DNA of 64,000 nucleotides from Dehalococcoidia bacterium (GTDB lineage: Bacteria > Chloroflexota > Dehalococcoidia > Lucifugimonadales > UBA3495), in NCBI GenBank assembly GCA_012959605.1, contig DUCU01000092.1, forward strand, positions 7,620 through 71,619, written 5' to 3'. Below are positions 34,183-43,657 of the stretch, one piece after another. How positions within the stretch are numbered: the first letter of the stretch is position 1; each line of letters begins with the position of its first letter. The notes under the pieces were generated by a model, which was not told the DNA's origin, did no database searches, and saw nothing but the letters and a program-made list of their open reading frames with translations. Position numbers and translations under genes: made by a program.

Positions 34183-34989
34183 TCAGTCTTCTAGAGGGAT
34201 TACCGGTGCGTGGCCTGTGGGATAGATACCCGCGGCCAGACCGCCACCGTCGGCAATGAACATCTCGCCGGTCATGTAATCGGAAGCCGCTGAAGCCAGG
34301 TAGACGGCCAGTGGGCCAAAATCGGCCGGTTTGCCCAGTTTGCCGTTGGGCAGGAATTCCCCGCCGCGGGGCAGGCTGGCAGCCATGCTATCGGTGGCGC
34401 CGGTGGGCACGAACCCAGGCACAATCGAGTTGGCAGTGATGCCGTACCTTGCCAGGTTAAATGACAGGACCCGGCTGAGCTGGATCATGCCGCCCTTGCT
34501 GCAGCAGTACATGTAAATCTCACGTCCGCCCCGCAGACCAAATCCGGAGGCTACGTTGATGATCTTGCCGTGCTCTTGGGCCACCATGGTCTGGGACACC
34601 TCTCTAGAGCAGTAGAACGCTCCAGTGAGGTTTACCCGCATGATGCGGTCCCATTCTTCGTCTGTCAGCTCCCAGATGGGCTTGCGGACGTTGTCGGAGA
34701 CAGCGCCGGCGTTGTTCAGCAAAACGTCAATCTTGCGGAACTCGTCCAGGCAGGTCTTCATCAGGTTGGATACCTGAGATGAGTCGGTGACGTCGGTGGC
34801 AACGGCCATGGCTTTGACGCCAAACGTCTCAGCCTCGGCGGCAGCCTCTTCCAACGGTGCCATTCGTCGGCCGGCAATGACCAAGTTGGCTCCGGCTCGA
34901 GCCATGTCCTTGACCATTGCCCGACCCAGACCAGTGCCACCGCCGGTTATGACGACCGTTGTTCCTTCCAAGCTAAGTGATTCCAGCAT
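34183..34989 (-). CDS. Short-chain dehydrogenase/reductase (classical SDR, FabG-like)
   Basis: 268 aa with 'ITGGGTGLG', 'NNAG', 'NVAS' and 'YCCSK' all intact. Confidence 0.85.
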   Translation of the reverse strand: MLESLSLEGTTVVITGGGTGLGRAMVKDMARAGANLVIAGRRMAPLEEAAAEAETFGVKAMAVATDVTDSSQVSNLMKTCLDEFRKIDVLLNNAGAVSDNVRKPIWELTDEEWDRIMRVNLTGAFYCSREVSQTMVAQEHGKIINVASGFGLRGGREIYMYCCSKGGMIQLSRVLSFNLARYGITANSIVPGFVPTGATDSMAASLPRGGEFLPNGKLGKPADFGPLAVYLASAASDYMTGEMFIADGGGLAAGIYPTGHAPVIPLED

Positions 34990-35065
34990 TTACATCTCCT
35001 GGGGAGCGAACCCCATCCTAGTCGTTCCCTATCAAGGGAACGAGACAATTTAACGGTATATATTT

Positions 35066-35845
35066 TCAATTGCCGCTGAGCGTTACGTCACCGGCGGTCA
35101 GGGTCAATAGTGAACCATCATCTTGGCGCAGGAGCAGGTTACCCATTGGGTCGGTGCCCTCGGCCACGCCGTTGTATGTATCGTTGCCCCAAGTTGCCAT
35201 CAGTCGTTGGCCGGTGGTCGAAAGCAGTCCCTGCCATTCTTCTATCGGGGATATGCCCTGAGCCAACGCTAGGTAAAGGGCATCGAGGTCCATCAAGAAT
35301 TGGCGGAGTAGGTCTGCCCTGGGGACCTCTTGTCCGGCGGCGGCATTGATGCTGGTGGCAAATGTCGCGATCTCTTCTGTCTGATCGGTGTCCAGGCTCA
35401 CGTTCATGCCTACGCCGAGCACAGCATACCATACGGTATCCCCAGCAATTGCGCTCTCTGCCAGTATGCCTGCGACTTTACGACCTCCGATGAGCAGGTC
35501 ATTGGGCCACTTAATATTGGCTTCTAGTCCAGTCACTTTTCTGACTGCCCGAGCGGCGGCGATTCCACCAATAATGCTGATGAATGGGAGTGCGTCCAAG
35601 CTGGGTCGAAACAGAACTGAAACCAGAAGATTGCCCGGTTGGGATACCCAACTGCGGCCTTGGCGACCCCTACCGGCGCTCTGGACCTCGGCCACAACTA
35701 CAGCGCCTTCTTCAGTGTCGCCTTCGCCGAGCTTACCAGCTTCATCCATGGTCGAGGAAAGCTCCGGGTAATACAGCAGTCGACGGCCCACAATGCGGGT
35801 GAACAACCCCTGCCTGACAGTGGCCGCAACAAGATTAGGAGGCAT
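35066..35845 (-). CDS. birA: Biotin--[acetyl-CoA-carboxylase] ligase (no N-terminal HTH)
   Basis: 259 aa with 'GRGRQGRSW' and 'KWPNDLL..G.K..GIL.E'. Confidence 0.9.
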   Translation of the reverse strand: MPPNLVAATVRQGLFTRIVGRRLLYYPELSSTMDEAGKLGEGDTEEGAVVVAEVQSAGRGRQGRSWVSQPGNLLVSVLFRPSLDALPFISIIGGIAAARAVRKVTGLEANIKWPNDLLIGGRKVAGILAESAIAGDTVWYAVLGVGMNVSLDTDQTEEIATFATSINAAAGQEVPRADLLRQFLMDLDALYLALAQGISPIEEWQGLLSTTGQRLMATWGNDTYNGVAEGTDPMGNLLLRQDDGSLLTLTAGDVTLSGN

Positions 35846-35891
35846 ATCTATCTCTAGTTAATGACGCCATATGGAAACTCGGCTGTGTGGC

Positions 35892-37274
35892 CTACCAGGC
35901 GTGTTCGATCTTATCCTTGAGGATTTCTACCAACTCTGCAACTGACACTCTGGCTTGGTGCATAGTGTCCCGGTCTCGGATGGTCACGGCATGGTCGTCG
36001 ATAGTGTCAAAATCGATGGTCACACAGTACGGCGTGCCAATCTCGTCCTGGCGGCGGTAGCGGCGGCCAATGCTCTGGGCGTCGTCATACTGGCACCTAA
36101 AATGCTTACGGAGTGTGTCGTAGACTCTCCGGGCAGTTGGCAGCAGCTTCTCGTTCCGGCTTAGGGGCAGAGCGGCTATTTGGATCGGCGCCAAATCACG
36201 GTGGATGTGGGAAACCACGCGAACTGCGTCTCCGTCCGGTTCTTCGTCATAGGCGTCCAACCAGAAGGCCAGAGTGGCGCGGTCAACGCCTCCGGATGGC
36301 TCGATCACGTAGGGCAAATAGCGAGGCTCCTCGCCTTCGGCCGCAACATCGTCAAAGTAGGTCAAATCCTGGCCGCTCACCTTCTGGTGTTGGCCAAGGT
36401 CAAAGTCGGCACGGTTGGCGATGCCTTCAAGCTCGGCCCAGCCCCATGGGAACTGGTACTCAATGTCATAGCAAGCCTTGGCGTAGTGGGCTAGTTCATC
36501 GCTGCCGTGTTCGCGCAGGCGCAGGTTCTCGGGCCTGATTCCATAGTCGATGTACCACTGGAATCGGGCTTTTACCCACTTATCCAGCCATTCTTCGTCG
36601 GTGCCGGGCTTGACGAAGAATTCCGCTTCCATCTGCTCAAACTCTCTGGTGCGGAAGGTGAAGTTGCCAGGTGTGATTTCGTTCCGGAACGACTTGCCGA
36701 TCTGGCCGATGCCAAAGGGCAGTTTCTTGCGGCTGGAGTCCAAAACGTTCTTGAAGTTGACAAAGATGCCCTGGGCGGTCTCCGGGCGCAGGAATACTTC
36801 ATTGGCCGTCTCTTCTACTGGGCCCATGAAGGTCTTGAACATTAGGTTGAAGCGACGCGGTTCGGTCAGTTCGCCGCTACAGTTGGGGCAGACCAGGGTT
36901 TTCAGCGCGGCGGCGACTTCCGGGGACTCGGGGTCAACGCCGGTAGCTTCCAGCAGATGGTCTTGGCGGAAGCGGGAATTGCACTCTTTACACTCAACTA
37001 GAGGGTCGGAGAAATTCTCCACGTGACCGCTGGCAACCCACACCTGGGGGTGCATCAGGATGGCGGCGTCCAGGCCCACCATGTCGTCACGCCCAGATAT
37101 CACGGCGCGCCACCAGGCTTCTTTTACGTTGCGTTTTAGTTCTACTCCTAATGGGCCGTAGTCCCAGGTAGAACCCAGTCCACCGTAAATCTCAGAGCTT
37201 TGGAAAACAAAACCCCGGCGCTTTGACAAAGACATCATCGTGTCCATGTTGGCGTGGGGCAGATAGCGGACCAA
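35892..37274 (-). CDS. glyQS: Glycine--tRNA ligase (alpha2 dimeric type)
   Basis: 460 aa with a TTG start 7 nt after AGGAGG. It carries '[18 protein letters not shown]', '[11 protein letters not shown]' and 'EPSGGVDR'. Confidence 0.9.
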   Translation of the reverse strand: MVRYLPHANMDTMMSLSKRRGFVFQSSEIYGGLGSTWDYGPLGVELKRNVKEAWWRAVISGRDDMVGLDAAILMHPQVWVASGHVENFSDPLVECKECNSRFRQDHLLEATGVDPESPEVAAALKTLVCPNCSGELTEPRRFNLMFKTFMGPVEETANEVFLRPETAQGIFVNFKNVLDSSRKKLPFGIGQIGKSFRNEITPGNFTFRTREFEQMEAEFFVKPGTDEEWLDKWVKARFQWYIDYGIRPENLRLREHGSDELAHYAKACYDIEYQFPWGWAELEGIANRADFDLGQHQKVSGQDLTYFDDVAAEGEEPRYLPYVIEPSGGVDRATLAFWLDAYDEEPDGDAVRVVSHIHRDLAPIQIAALPLSRNEKLLPTARRVYDTLRKHFRCQYDDAQSIGRRYRRQDEIGTPYCVTIDFDTIDDHAVTIRDRDTMHQARVSVAELVEILKDKIEHAW

Positions 37275-37393
37275 GGGAGTACCTCCTGAATTGGGGCTAA
37301 GAATCTAAGCCCACCAAATGGGCCATAGGCGAGGTTATCAAGTCCGGTGGGTGATGTAAACGGGCCTGACGTTTGGGGAGTGTTAATCCACGG

Positions 37394-39499
37394 TTATCCG
37401 ATATGCGGCGGCGGTTCGCCCACGACCGGCATTTGCAGACGAACAGCCTCGGCCAGGTTGTCGGCCCGTAAGTCTTCAAGTTTCAGGTATTGGGCACCCA
37501 TGGCTTCGGCAACTGGTTTGACCATGCCGAGCCGGAGGAAACCGGACTCGGTATCCACTACCACTGACGGGATTTTTTCTTCGCCGATTATCCCTGCCGC
37601 TGCGTAGGCTTCGTCCAGGGGCGAGTCCTGCCCCAGGGCTACGTTGCCTCGACCGTCCGACAGCAGCACCAGCAATGGGAGCACATCCCGGTCCTTGATT
37701 CGCTCGGTCTCGATGATCTCCAAGGCCTTGAACAGGCCGGCGCTCAGGGGCGTGCGGCCGCCGGTGGGCATATCTTGAAGATGGACTTGGGCCAGGTCCA
37801 CACTGTTGGTCGGCGGCAAGAGCAATTCGGCCTTGGTGCCCCGGAAGGAAATCAGACCCACCTTGTCTCGGCGTTGATAGGCGTCCAACAATAGAGACAT
37901 GACTGCGCCTTTGACGGCGACCATTCGGCGCTGGGCGCCCATGGAGCCGCTGGCGTCCACCAGGAACAATACCAGGCTGCCAGACATGCTCTCCCTGACC
38001 TTGTCGCGGATGTCCCACGGCTCGATCAATACGGCATTCTGGGAATTACTGGCATCTCGGCGAGTCTTCTGGTGAGGTGCGGCGGCGCGCAGGGTGGCGT
38101 CGAAGGCTAGACTTGATGCTTTGCCCTCTGGCAGACGTGAGCGCACGTAGCGACCGGCTGTGGAGTCGGAGATGGTTACGTTGCGGCGGCCAGAGGCGCG
38201 GCGTGAGCGCTGATCCGGAGGTTTCAGGTTCAGTTGTTTGACGGCAAACGGGTCGCCAACTTCGAACTGCTGTTCCTGACCCAGAGACCCGGGGCCGGAG
38301 TTATCCGGCTCGTTATCAGAGTCCGGATCGGAATCCGGCTCGGGTTCTGGAGGTTCTAATTCGTCTTCTTGCTGTGGTAAATCAGAGGGCTCTGAATCGC
38401 CCTCTCCTTGGTCTTGTGGCTGGTCCGATGATTCTCTTTGGTGGTCTTGCCCCTGGAAGTCGTCAACTAAGGAATCCAGTTGGTCAGTGGCCAGGTTGGG
38501 TTGCTGGAATGGCTGTCGGCGTTGCCGGTGCAACAGGGCTAGGTTGGCGGCTTCACGCACGTCCTCAGCATTAACGTCCGTTCGATCCTCGTAGGCAGCA
38601 ATGGTTGCGGCAGTTTTGTACATCACGATATCGCCGCGCATACCGTCCACGTCATACTCGGCGCAGATAGTGGTTATCAGTGAAAGAATCTCATCACTGA
38701 CAACCACCTGGGGCAGGAGTTTTTGACTGCGCAGCACCCGCGCCCGTTCTTCTTCTTCAGCGTTTTGCCATTCGGCCATAAAGCCCTGGGGGTTAGCCTC
38801 ATAGGCGATGCGGCGTTTGACGATTGATTGTCTTTCTTCCGGAGTAAACCGGCCGTCCACCTCAACGGCCAGGCCAAAGCGGTCCAGCAGTTGGGGGCGT
38901 AGGTCGCCTTCTTCCGGGTTCATCGTCCCCACCAGGATGAACTCAGAGCGGTGGGTGATGGATATTCCTTCTCGTTCCACGTAATTGCGACCCATGGCTG
39001 CAGCGTCCAGGAGGATATCTACTAGGTGGTCATTGAGGAGGTTTACTTCGTCAATGTAGAGGATGCCCCGATGGGTGGCGGCAATCAGTCCTGGTTCAAA
39101 CACCCTGTTGCCGGTCTTGATGGCCTCTTCTATATCGAGCGAACCAACCAGCCGGTCCTCCGTGGCGCCAACGGGTAGGTCGATGATTGGAATCTGGCGG
39201 ACCACGTTCTGCGAGTCGCTATTAGGCTCACAACGAGAACAAAGTCCCTGCCGTTCTTCAGGGCTGCAGTTGTAAGGGCAGCCCTGGACTACGGTCACTT
39301 CTGGGAGCAGTGCGGCCAGAGAACGCACCGCAGTGGATTTGGCAGTGCCCTTTTTGCCGCGCACCAAGACACCACCAATCTTGGGATTGACGGCGTTCAA
39401 TAGCAGCGCGCGTTTCATGGCGGTTTGGCCAACGATGGCCGTGAATGGGAACCGGGATTCCCCGGTGGATTGATTGGGTTTATGGGTATTTTGGGTCAA
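37394..39499 (-). CDS. ChlI-ChlD type AAA+/vWA chelatase subunit (single polypeptide)
   Basis: 701 aa. The N-terminus has 'FPFTAIVGQ..MK.ALLL', Walker A 'GKKGTAKST' and the ChlI-type Cys cluster 'GCPYNCSP...CSRC'. An acidic/Pro linker 'EPSDLPQQEDELEPPEPEPDSDPDSDNEPD' follows. The C-terminal vWA domain carries the MIDAS motif 'LVDASGSM'. Confidence 0.8.
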   Translation of the reverse strand: MTQNTHKPNQSTGESRFPFTAIVGQTAMKRALLLNAVNPKIGGVLVRGKKGTAKSTAVRSLAALLPEVTVVQGCPYNCSPEERQGLCSRCEPNSDSQNVVRQIPIIDLPVGATEDRLVGSLDIEEAIKTGNRVFEPGLIAATHRGILYIDEVNLLNDHLVDILLDAAAMGRNYVEREGISITHRSEFILVGTMNPEEGDLRPQLLDRFGLAVEVDGRFTPEERQSIVKRRIAYEANPQGFMAEWQNAEEEERARVLRSQKLLPQVVVSDEILSLITTICAEYDVDGMRGDIVMYKTAATIAAYEDRTDVNAEDVREAANLALLHRQRRQPFQQPNLATDQLDSLVDDFQGQDHQRESSDQPQDQGEGDSEPSDLPQQEDELEPPEPEPDSDPDSDNEPDNSGPGSLGQEQQFEVGDPFAVKQLNLKPPDQRSRRASGRRNVTISDSTAGRYVRSRLPEGKASSLAFDATLRAAAPHQKTRRDASNSQNAVLIEPWDIRDKVRESMSGSLVLFLVDASGSMGAQRRMVAVKGAVMSLLLDAYQRRDKVGLISFRGTKAELLLPPTNSVDLAQVHLQDMPTGGRTPLSAGLFKALEIIETERIKDRDVLPLLVLLSDGRGNVALGQDSPLDEAYAAAGIIGEEKIPSVVVDTESGFLRLGMVKPVAEAMGAQYLKLEDLRADNLAEAVRLQMPVVGEPPPHIG

Positions 39500-39706
39500 A
39501 GTCTGGCAGGCGCTCCAGTTAAGGGATCAAAGTTTTGCCAGCCTTTTCGTTGCGCCTTTGGTACCAATACAACCTTGCGGTAATTCCAAAGAATCAATCG
39601 TCCGACTGAACCTCGTCCCGGAATGTTAATCCCTAGTATGAACCATGGTCAATAAAGCTTGAACCGATTGGGCCAAATGCAGATTTTTGTAAGAAGTGCA
39701 GGCAAA

Positions 39707-40639
39707 TTAGTGATAGGTGGTGGGGTCCAGCAGGTCTCTGACCCCGTCGCCCAGAAGGTTGAACCCCAGAACCAGCGAGAATATAGCACTGCCTGGCGCG
39801 AGCAGTAATAACGGCGCTGTTTGCATGTAAGAGCGTGAGTCATTAAGCATGGCGCCCCACTCCGGCGTTGGTGGTTGCGCCCCTAGCCCCAGGAAGCTCA
39901 ACCCGGCGATGCCCAGGATGATCCAGCCTATGTCCAGACTGGCCAATACTACGAAGGGTCCGATGATGTTTCGGGAAATGTGGAAAACCACAATCCGCCG
40001 GTCGCTGGCACCGATGGCCCTGGCCGCCACCACGTATTCGCGTTCTCGAGCTGACAACACCATGCCACGGATAACCCTGGCATGACTGGCCCACCAGACC
40101 ACGGAAACTGCAATCATCAAGTTAACTAGGCTGGGACCCAAGATTCCGGCCACCGCCACACCAAGGATCAGAGCCGGGAAGGCCAGCAACAGGTCAACCA
40201 CCATCATCAAACCGGAATCAATCCAGCCGCCGTAGTAACCGGCAAGTGAGCCGAATATGGAGGCGATCAACATGATGATGGCCACCGATGCGCCTGACAT
40301 GAGCAGTGTTACTCGCGCACCAAATATGATCCGGCTTAATTCATCGCGGCCCAGGTGATCGGTGCCCAAGGGAAACTCTTGGGAGGGAGACAGCAGGCGA
40401 TTGCCTAGGTCCAGGTCGGTGGGATCTTGAATCGGTAGCCAAGGGGCCAGCAGCGCAACAATGATTGTGCCGAACACGATAACAAAGCCCAGGACCGTGC
40501 CGGGGTCGCGGCGCAAGTTTCTTAAAATGGCCAGGCGTCGGTCTGACCGACGCGATATTTCGTCCGACCGGGGCTCTTTCGCCAACCGGGGTGTTTCAGC
40601 CAACCGGGGTTCTCCTGCTCTAGAATGACTGGCAATCAA
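39707..40639 (-). CDS. ABC transporter permease (DppC/NikC/OppC-like)
   Basis: 310 aa, multi-TM, with a BPD_transp_1-type EAA loop ('ARAIGASDRRIV..HI.RN'). Confidence 0.85.
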   Translation of the reverse strand: MIASHSRAGEPRLAETPRLAKEPRSDEISRRSDRRLAILRNLRRDPGTVLGFVIVFGTIIVALLAPWLPIQDPTDLDLGNRLLSPSQEFPLGTDHLGRDELSRIIFGARVTLLMSGASVAIIMLIASIFGSLAGYYGGWIDSGLMMVVDLLLAFPALILGVAVAGILGPSLVNLMIAVSVVWWASHARVIRGMVLSAREREYVVAARAIGASDRRIVVFHISRNIIGPFVVLASLDIGWIILGIAGLSFLGLGAQPPTPEWGAMLNDSRSYMQTAPLLLLAPGSAIFSLVLGFNLLGDGVRDLLDPTTYH

Positions 40640-40655
40640 AATGCAACATCAACTA

Positions 40656-41603
40656 CTAAGACGATTGCCGATCAAAATGCAGCCTTGGATCCAGCCATCG
40701 GTATGATACATCCACTGCCAGGTTCACGAACAGGAATATGACAGCAACGTATAATACGAATCCTTGCACGACAGGATAGTCCCTTTGAAAGATTCCGGTC
40801 ACTACGAATTGGCCGATACCGGGCCAACCGAAGATTGTCTCGACGATGACAGCGCCCCCCAAGAGGTAACCCATGCTTGTCCCCAGCACAGTTACCACCG
40901 GAAGAAGCGAGTTTTTGAGTCCATGACGCCAGACAACGATATTCTCAGTCATTCCCTTGGCTCTGGCAGTGCGCATGTAATCCTGCTCCAACACCTCTAG
41001 CAGGCTCGCCCGGGTTAGCCGCATCAGTTGGGACATCGTCCCAAAGGATAAAGCGATTGCCGGCAGGATCAAATTTTGAGGGGAACCGTAGCCGATGGCC
41101 GGTAACCAGTCTAGCTTGACGGCAAATAGCAGCATCAGAGCCGGGGCCATCACGTAGCTAGGCACGGCCGCGCCGACCAAGGCCATCAGTCGACAGCCGG
41201 TATCCAGCCAGGTACCACGTTTTACTGCCGCCATCACCCCAAGAGGGATGCCCACCGCCACCGCTAAGGCTAAAGCGGTGGCGGCTAACAATAGCGTGGC
41301 AGGCAGCCGGTGAAAAAGTTCTGCGGCAATCGAGCCGCCAGTGCGATAGGACTCACCCAGGTCTCCGCGTACAGCGTTGGACACCCACCGCCCGTAACGG
41401 ATGGGCAACGCATCGTTCAGACCCAAGTCCTGGCGCAACGCTTGTATGGCCTCCTGGGACGGTGCCACACCGCCGTTTTGACGCATGAGGGTAATCTCTG
41501 CGGCGTCTCCAGGGGCAAAATTCAACAGCATGAAGCTGATGATGGAGATGCCCACCAAGAGCAGCGGCAGGGTCATTAGGCGTCGCGCCAGATAGCTTTG
41601 CAC
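40656..41603 (-). CDS. ABC transporter permease (DppB/NikB/OppB-like)
   Basis: 315 aa. 'YLARRL...L.LVGISIISF' at the N-terminus and 'YMRTARAKGM....V...H.L.N' are typical of the family. Confidence 0.85.
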   Translation of the reverse strand: MQSYLARRLMTLPLLLVGISIISFMLLNFAPGDAAEITLMRQNGGVAPSQEAIQALRQDLGLNDALPIRYGRWVSNAVRGDLGESYRTGGSIAAELFHRLPATLLLAATALALAVAVGIPLGVMAAVKRGTWLDTGCRLMALVGAAVPSYVMAPALMLLFAVKLDWLPAIGYGSPQNLILPAIALSFGTMSQLMRLTRASLLEVLEQDYMRTARAKGMTENIVVWRHGLKNSLLPVVTVLGTSMGYLLGGAVIVETIFGWPGIGQFVVTGIFQRDYPVVQGFVLYVAVIFLFVNLAVDVSYRWLDPRLHFDRQSS

Positions 41604-41604
41604 T

Positions 41605-43197
41605 CTACTTCAGGCCGATCAGGTGGTCGATGAAGTAGATTCGGGCGGCCTGTGGGCCAGATGTCCAGTCCACGGAATCAGACACACCGAAGAGCCTGGT
41701 TGGGAACATCACAGGAATCAACGCCACTTCATCATTGCCGGCCTGCACCGCATCACAGGCAATCTGTTGGCGTTGGGCCGGGTCAGACGCGCTGGACAAT
41801 TGTCCGATCAGCTCGTCCACACCAGGGTTGCTGAAGTTACCTCGGTTCTCGTCGCCTCCGGTCAGGAACTGGCGGTTCAGCGCCCATCCCGGATCGCCGG
41901 TCGTGGTTGTTCCATTTGAGTAGCCAAACAGGTCATATCCGCCCTGGCTGGCCAGGGTCCACTCTACGATCTGCACCTTGGCGCCCACTCCAATGTCTTT
42001 CAACATGGATTGGAACGCTTCCAGCATTGGAGGCAATAGAGGCTGCTCAACGTAGGTTTGTAGTACCAACTCCAGGGCTTTGCCATCCTTTTCTACTATG
42101 CCATCGCCGTCTTCGTCCTTGTACCCGGCTTCAGCCAATAGTTCACGGGCTGCTTCCGGATTAAAAGAGAAGTTGGTCGCGTTCTGGCAGGATAGAAATC
42201 CCGGTGGGAATATGCTCTCTGCCGGAACGGCATGGCCGTCTGCCACGCCGGATGACATTGCTTCCCGGTCTATGGAGATTGCGATTGCCCGGCGAACCAG
42301 AGAATCTTGCATCTGCGGGCTTTCATGGTTCACAAACATGAATAGAATTCCGGAAGGGGCAGCGACTCTCACACTTAAGGATGAGTCATTGCCAACGACA
42401 ACTGCGCCTTGTGGAGAGAGGTTTATGGATATATCAACGTCTCCACTCTGCAGGGCTATTAGGCGGGTAGCGCTTTGGGTGAATGCCACATACTCCACTC
42501 GATCAAGAGCAGGCGTGCCCTGCCAGTAATCTGTGTGCGCTACGACCGTCATTTCTTGGTCTGCGGTGAATGACACCAATTTATACGGGCCGGTCATGGC
42601 GGCATTCTCAGCAGAGCTGTCCACTGATGTTGGCACCGTGTCCGGGTCAGCGATGCTGGTGTTCTGGTTGGTCAGTAGACCGGGCAGAATGGGGTTTGGT
42701 GAATTGGTGTGGATCACCACGGTGGACGGGTCTTTGACCTCAATGCGGTCAAGATCCAATAGCACCTTGGTTCCTGGTCGCCTAAGCAGTGCTAAGTCCA
42801 GAGACCCCTTGACCTTGGCAGCGTCCATTAACTCCCCGTTGTGGAACTTGACGCCCTCTTTCAGCGTGATTTCCCAAACAGTGGGCTCAACCTGAACCGC
42901 TCCCGCCGCCAACCATGGCGCAGTGTTTAGGTTTTCATCTTGCTTGAACAGTGTTTCAGACAAGCCGGTAGGAACTGCCAGCCAACCTGCTTGGAACGGG
43001 TCTGGAGGCTCATCCAAGAAAGTCATAGCCACTTTTAAGACCCGTTCTTCAGCAGAATCAGGTGTGGTTGCAGACGTACTGGAATCGCCGGGTGTATCCG
43101 ATGTTGCTGGCGTCGCTGTGGCGTCTGCGCCACAGGCAGCTATTGCTAGGACTAATATGGCGAAGGCCATAGCCAAGAACCGAGTGTGCCTATTCAT
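41605..43197 (-). CDS. ABC transporter substrate-binding lipoprotein, family 5 (Opp/Dpp/Nik type)
   Basis: I set the start at 'MNRHTRF' (ATG 43197, GAAGG SD), because the track start at 43251 would run through the riboswitch terminator. It has the lipobox 'LAIAAC', an S/T/D-rich linker and an SBP_bac_5-like core. Confidence 0.85.
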   Translation of the reverse strand: MNRHTRFLAMAFAILVLAIAACGADATATPATSDTPGDSSTSATTPDSAEERVLKVAMTFLDEPPDPFQAGWLAVPTGLSETLFKQDENLNTAPWLAAGAVQVEPTVWEITLKEGVKFHNGELMDAAKVKGSLDLALLRRPGTKVLLDLDRIEVKDPSTVVIHTNSPNPILPGLLTNQNTSIADPDTVPTSVDSSAENAAMTGPYKLVSFTADQEMTVVAHTDYWQGTPALDRVEYVAFTQSATRLIALQSGDVDISINLSPQGAVVVGNDSSLSVRVAAPSGILFMFVNHESPQMQDSLVRRAIAISIDREAMSSGVADGHAVPAESIFPPGFLSCQNATNFSFNPEAARELLAEAGYKDEDGDGIVEKDGKALELVLQTYVEQPLLPPMLEAFQSMLKDIGVGAKVQIVEWTLASQGGYDLFGYSNGTTTTGDPGWALNRQFLTGGDENRGNFSNPGVDELIGQLSSASDPAQRQQIACDAVQAGNDEVALIPVMFPTRLFGVSDSVDWTSGPQAARIYFIDHLIGLK

Positions 43198-43230
43198 GTT
43201 CAAACCTTCTGTTTGTGATAGAAGACGGGC

Positions 43231-43260
43231 AATAAAAAACCCGACTTTCAAAGTCGGGTT
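43231..43260 (-). terminator. Intrinsic terminator forming the riboswitch expression platform
   Basis: The minus strand reads aacccgacuuugaaagucggguuuuuuau. This is a GC-rich stem plus U6, located between the aptamer and the SBP start codon. Confidence 0.8.
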
Positions 43261-43311
43261 GTCATAGCGATATAACGACTCACACTTTTATTGCGAAGTG
43301 CATCAAAGTCA

Positions 43312-43490
43312 GTCCGTAGGCAGGTTTCCTGGCTTCTGGTTCTGATCCGTACCCAGCCTTCCCACCCCGACTCGTCGGGACAGTGGCTATTTTTTGGGTT
43401 GGACTATACCAGTTACAGTGGCGCGACCGCGCCGGTATCTCACCGGCTTCCCTTTTCAGTCCCAATTTCTCGGGACCACCAATGGACGGA
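43312..43490 (-). promoter_or_regulatory. Cobalamin (B12) riboswitch aptamer
   Basis: The minus strand contains 'AAAAGGGAAGCCGGUGAGAUACCGGCGCGGUCGCGCCACUGU', 'GGGAAGGC' and the B12 box 'AGCCAGGAAACCUGCC'. P1 can form between UCCGU (43490-43486) and ACGGA (43317-43313). Confidence 0.85.
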
Positions 43491-43657
43491 TTTCAGATTG
43501 TTAATTGGCTCGTAGCCCCAGAAGTTTTACCTTCTGTTCTATACAGCCCTTGAAAGGGTATCCGGTTATTCGACGATGGTCAATATGTTTTCTTGACCAT
43601 CATCGGGTGGTTTTAAGCCCACGCTATTTCCAAAGCAGGCCATGGACCATTGAACGG

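Noticed and set aside
37275-37393. T-box leader upstream of glyQS
   Set aside because: The chlID stop and glyQS start are only ~115 nt apart, too short for a T-box. No T-box sequence is present, only a small hairpin before the AGGAGG SD.
43198-43251. Track start (43251) of the binding-protein ORF, 'MKVGFFIARLLSQTEGLN...'
   Set aside because: This extension runs through the riboswitch terminator hairpin and lacks an SD. The internal ATG at 43197 has a GAAGG SD and gives a proper lipoprotein signal peptide.
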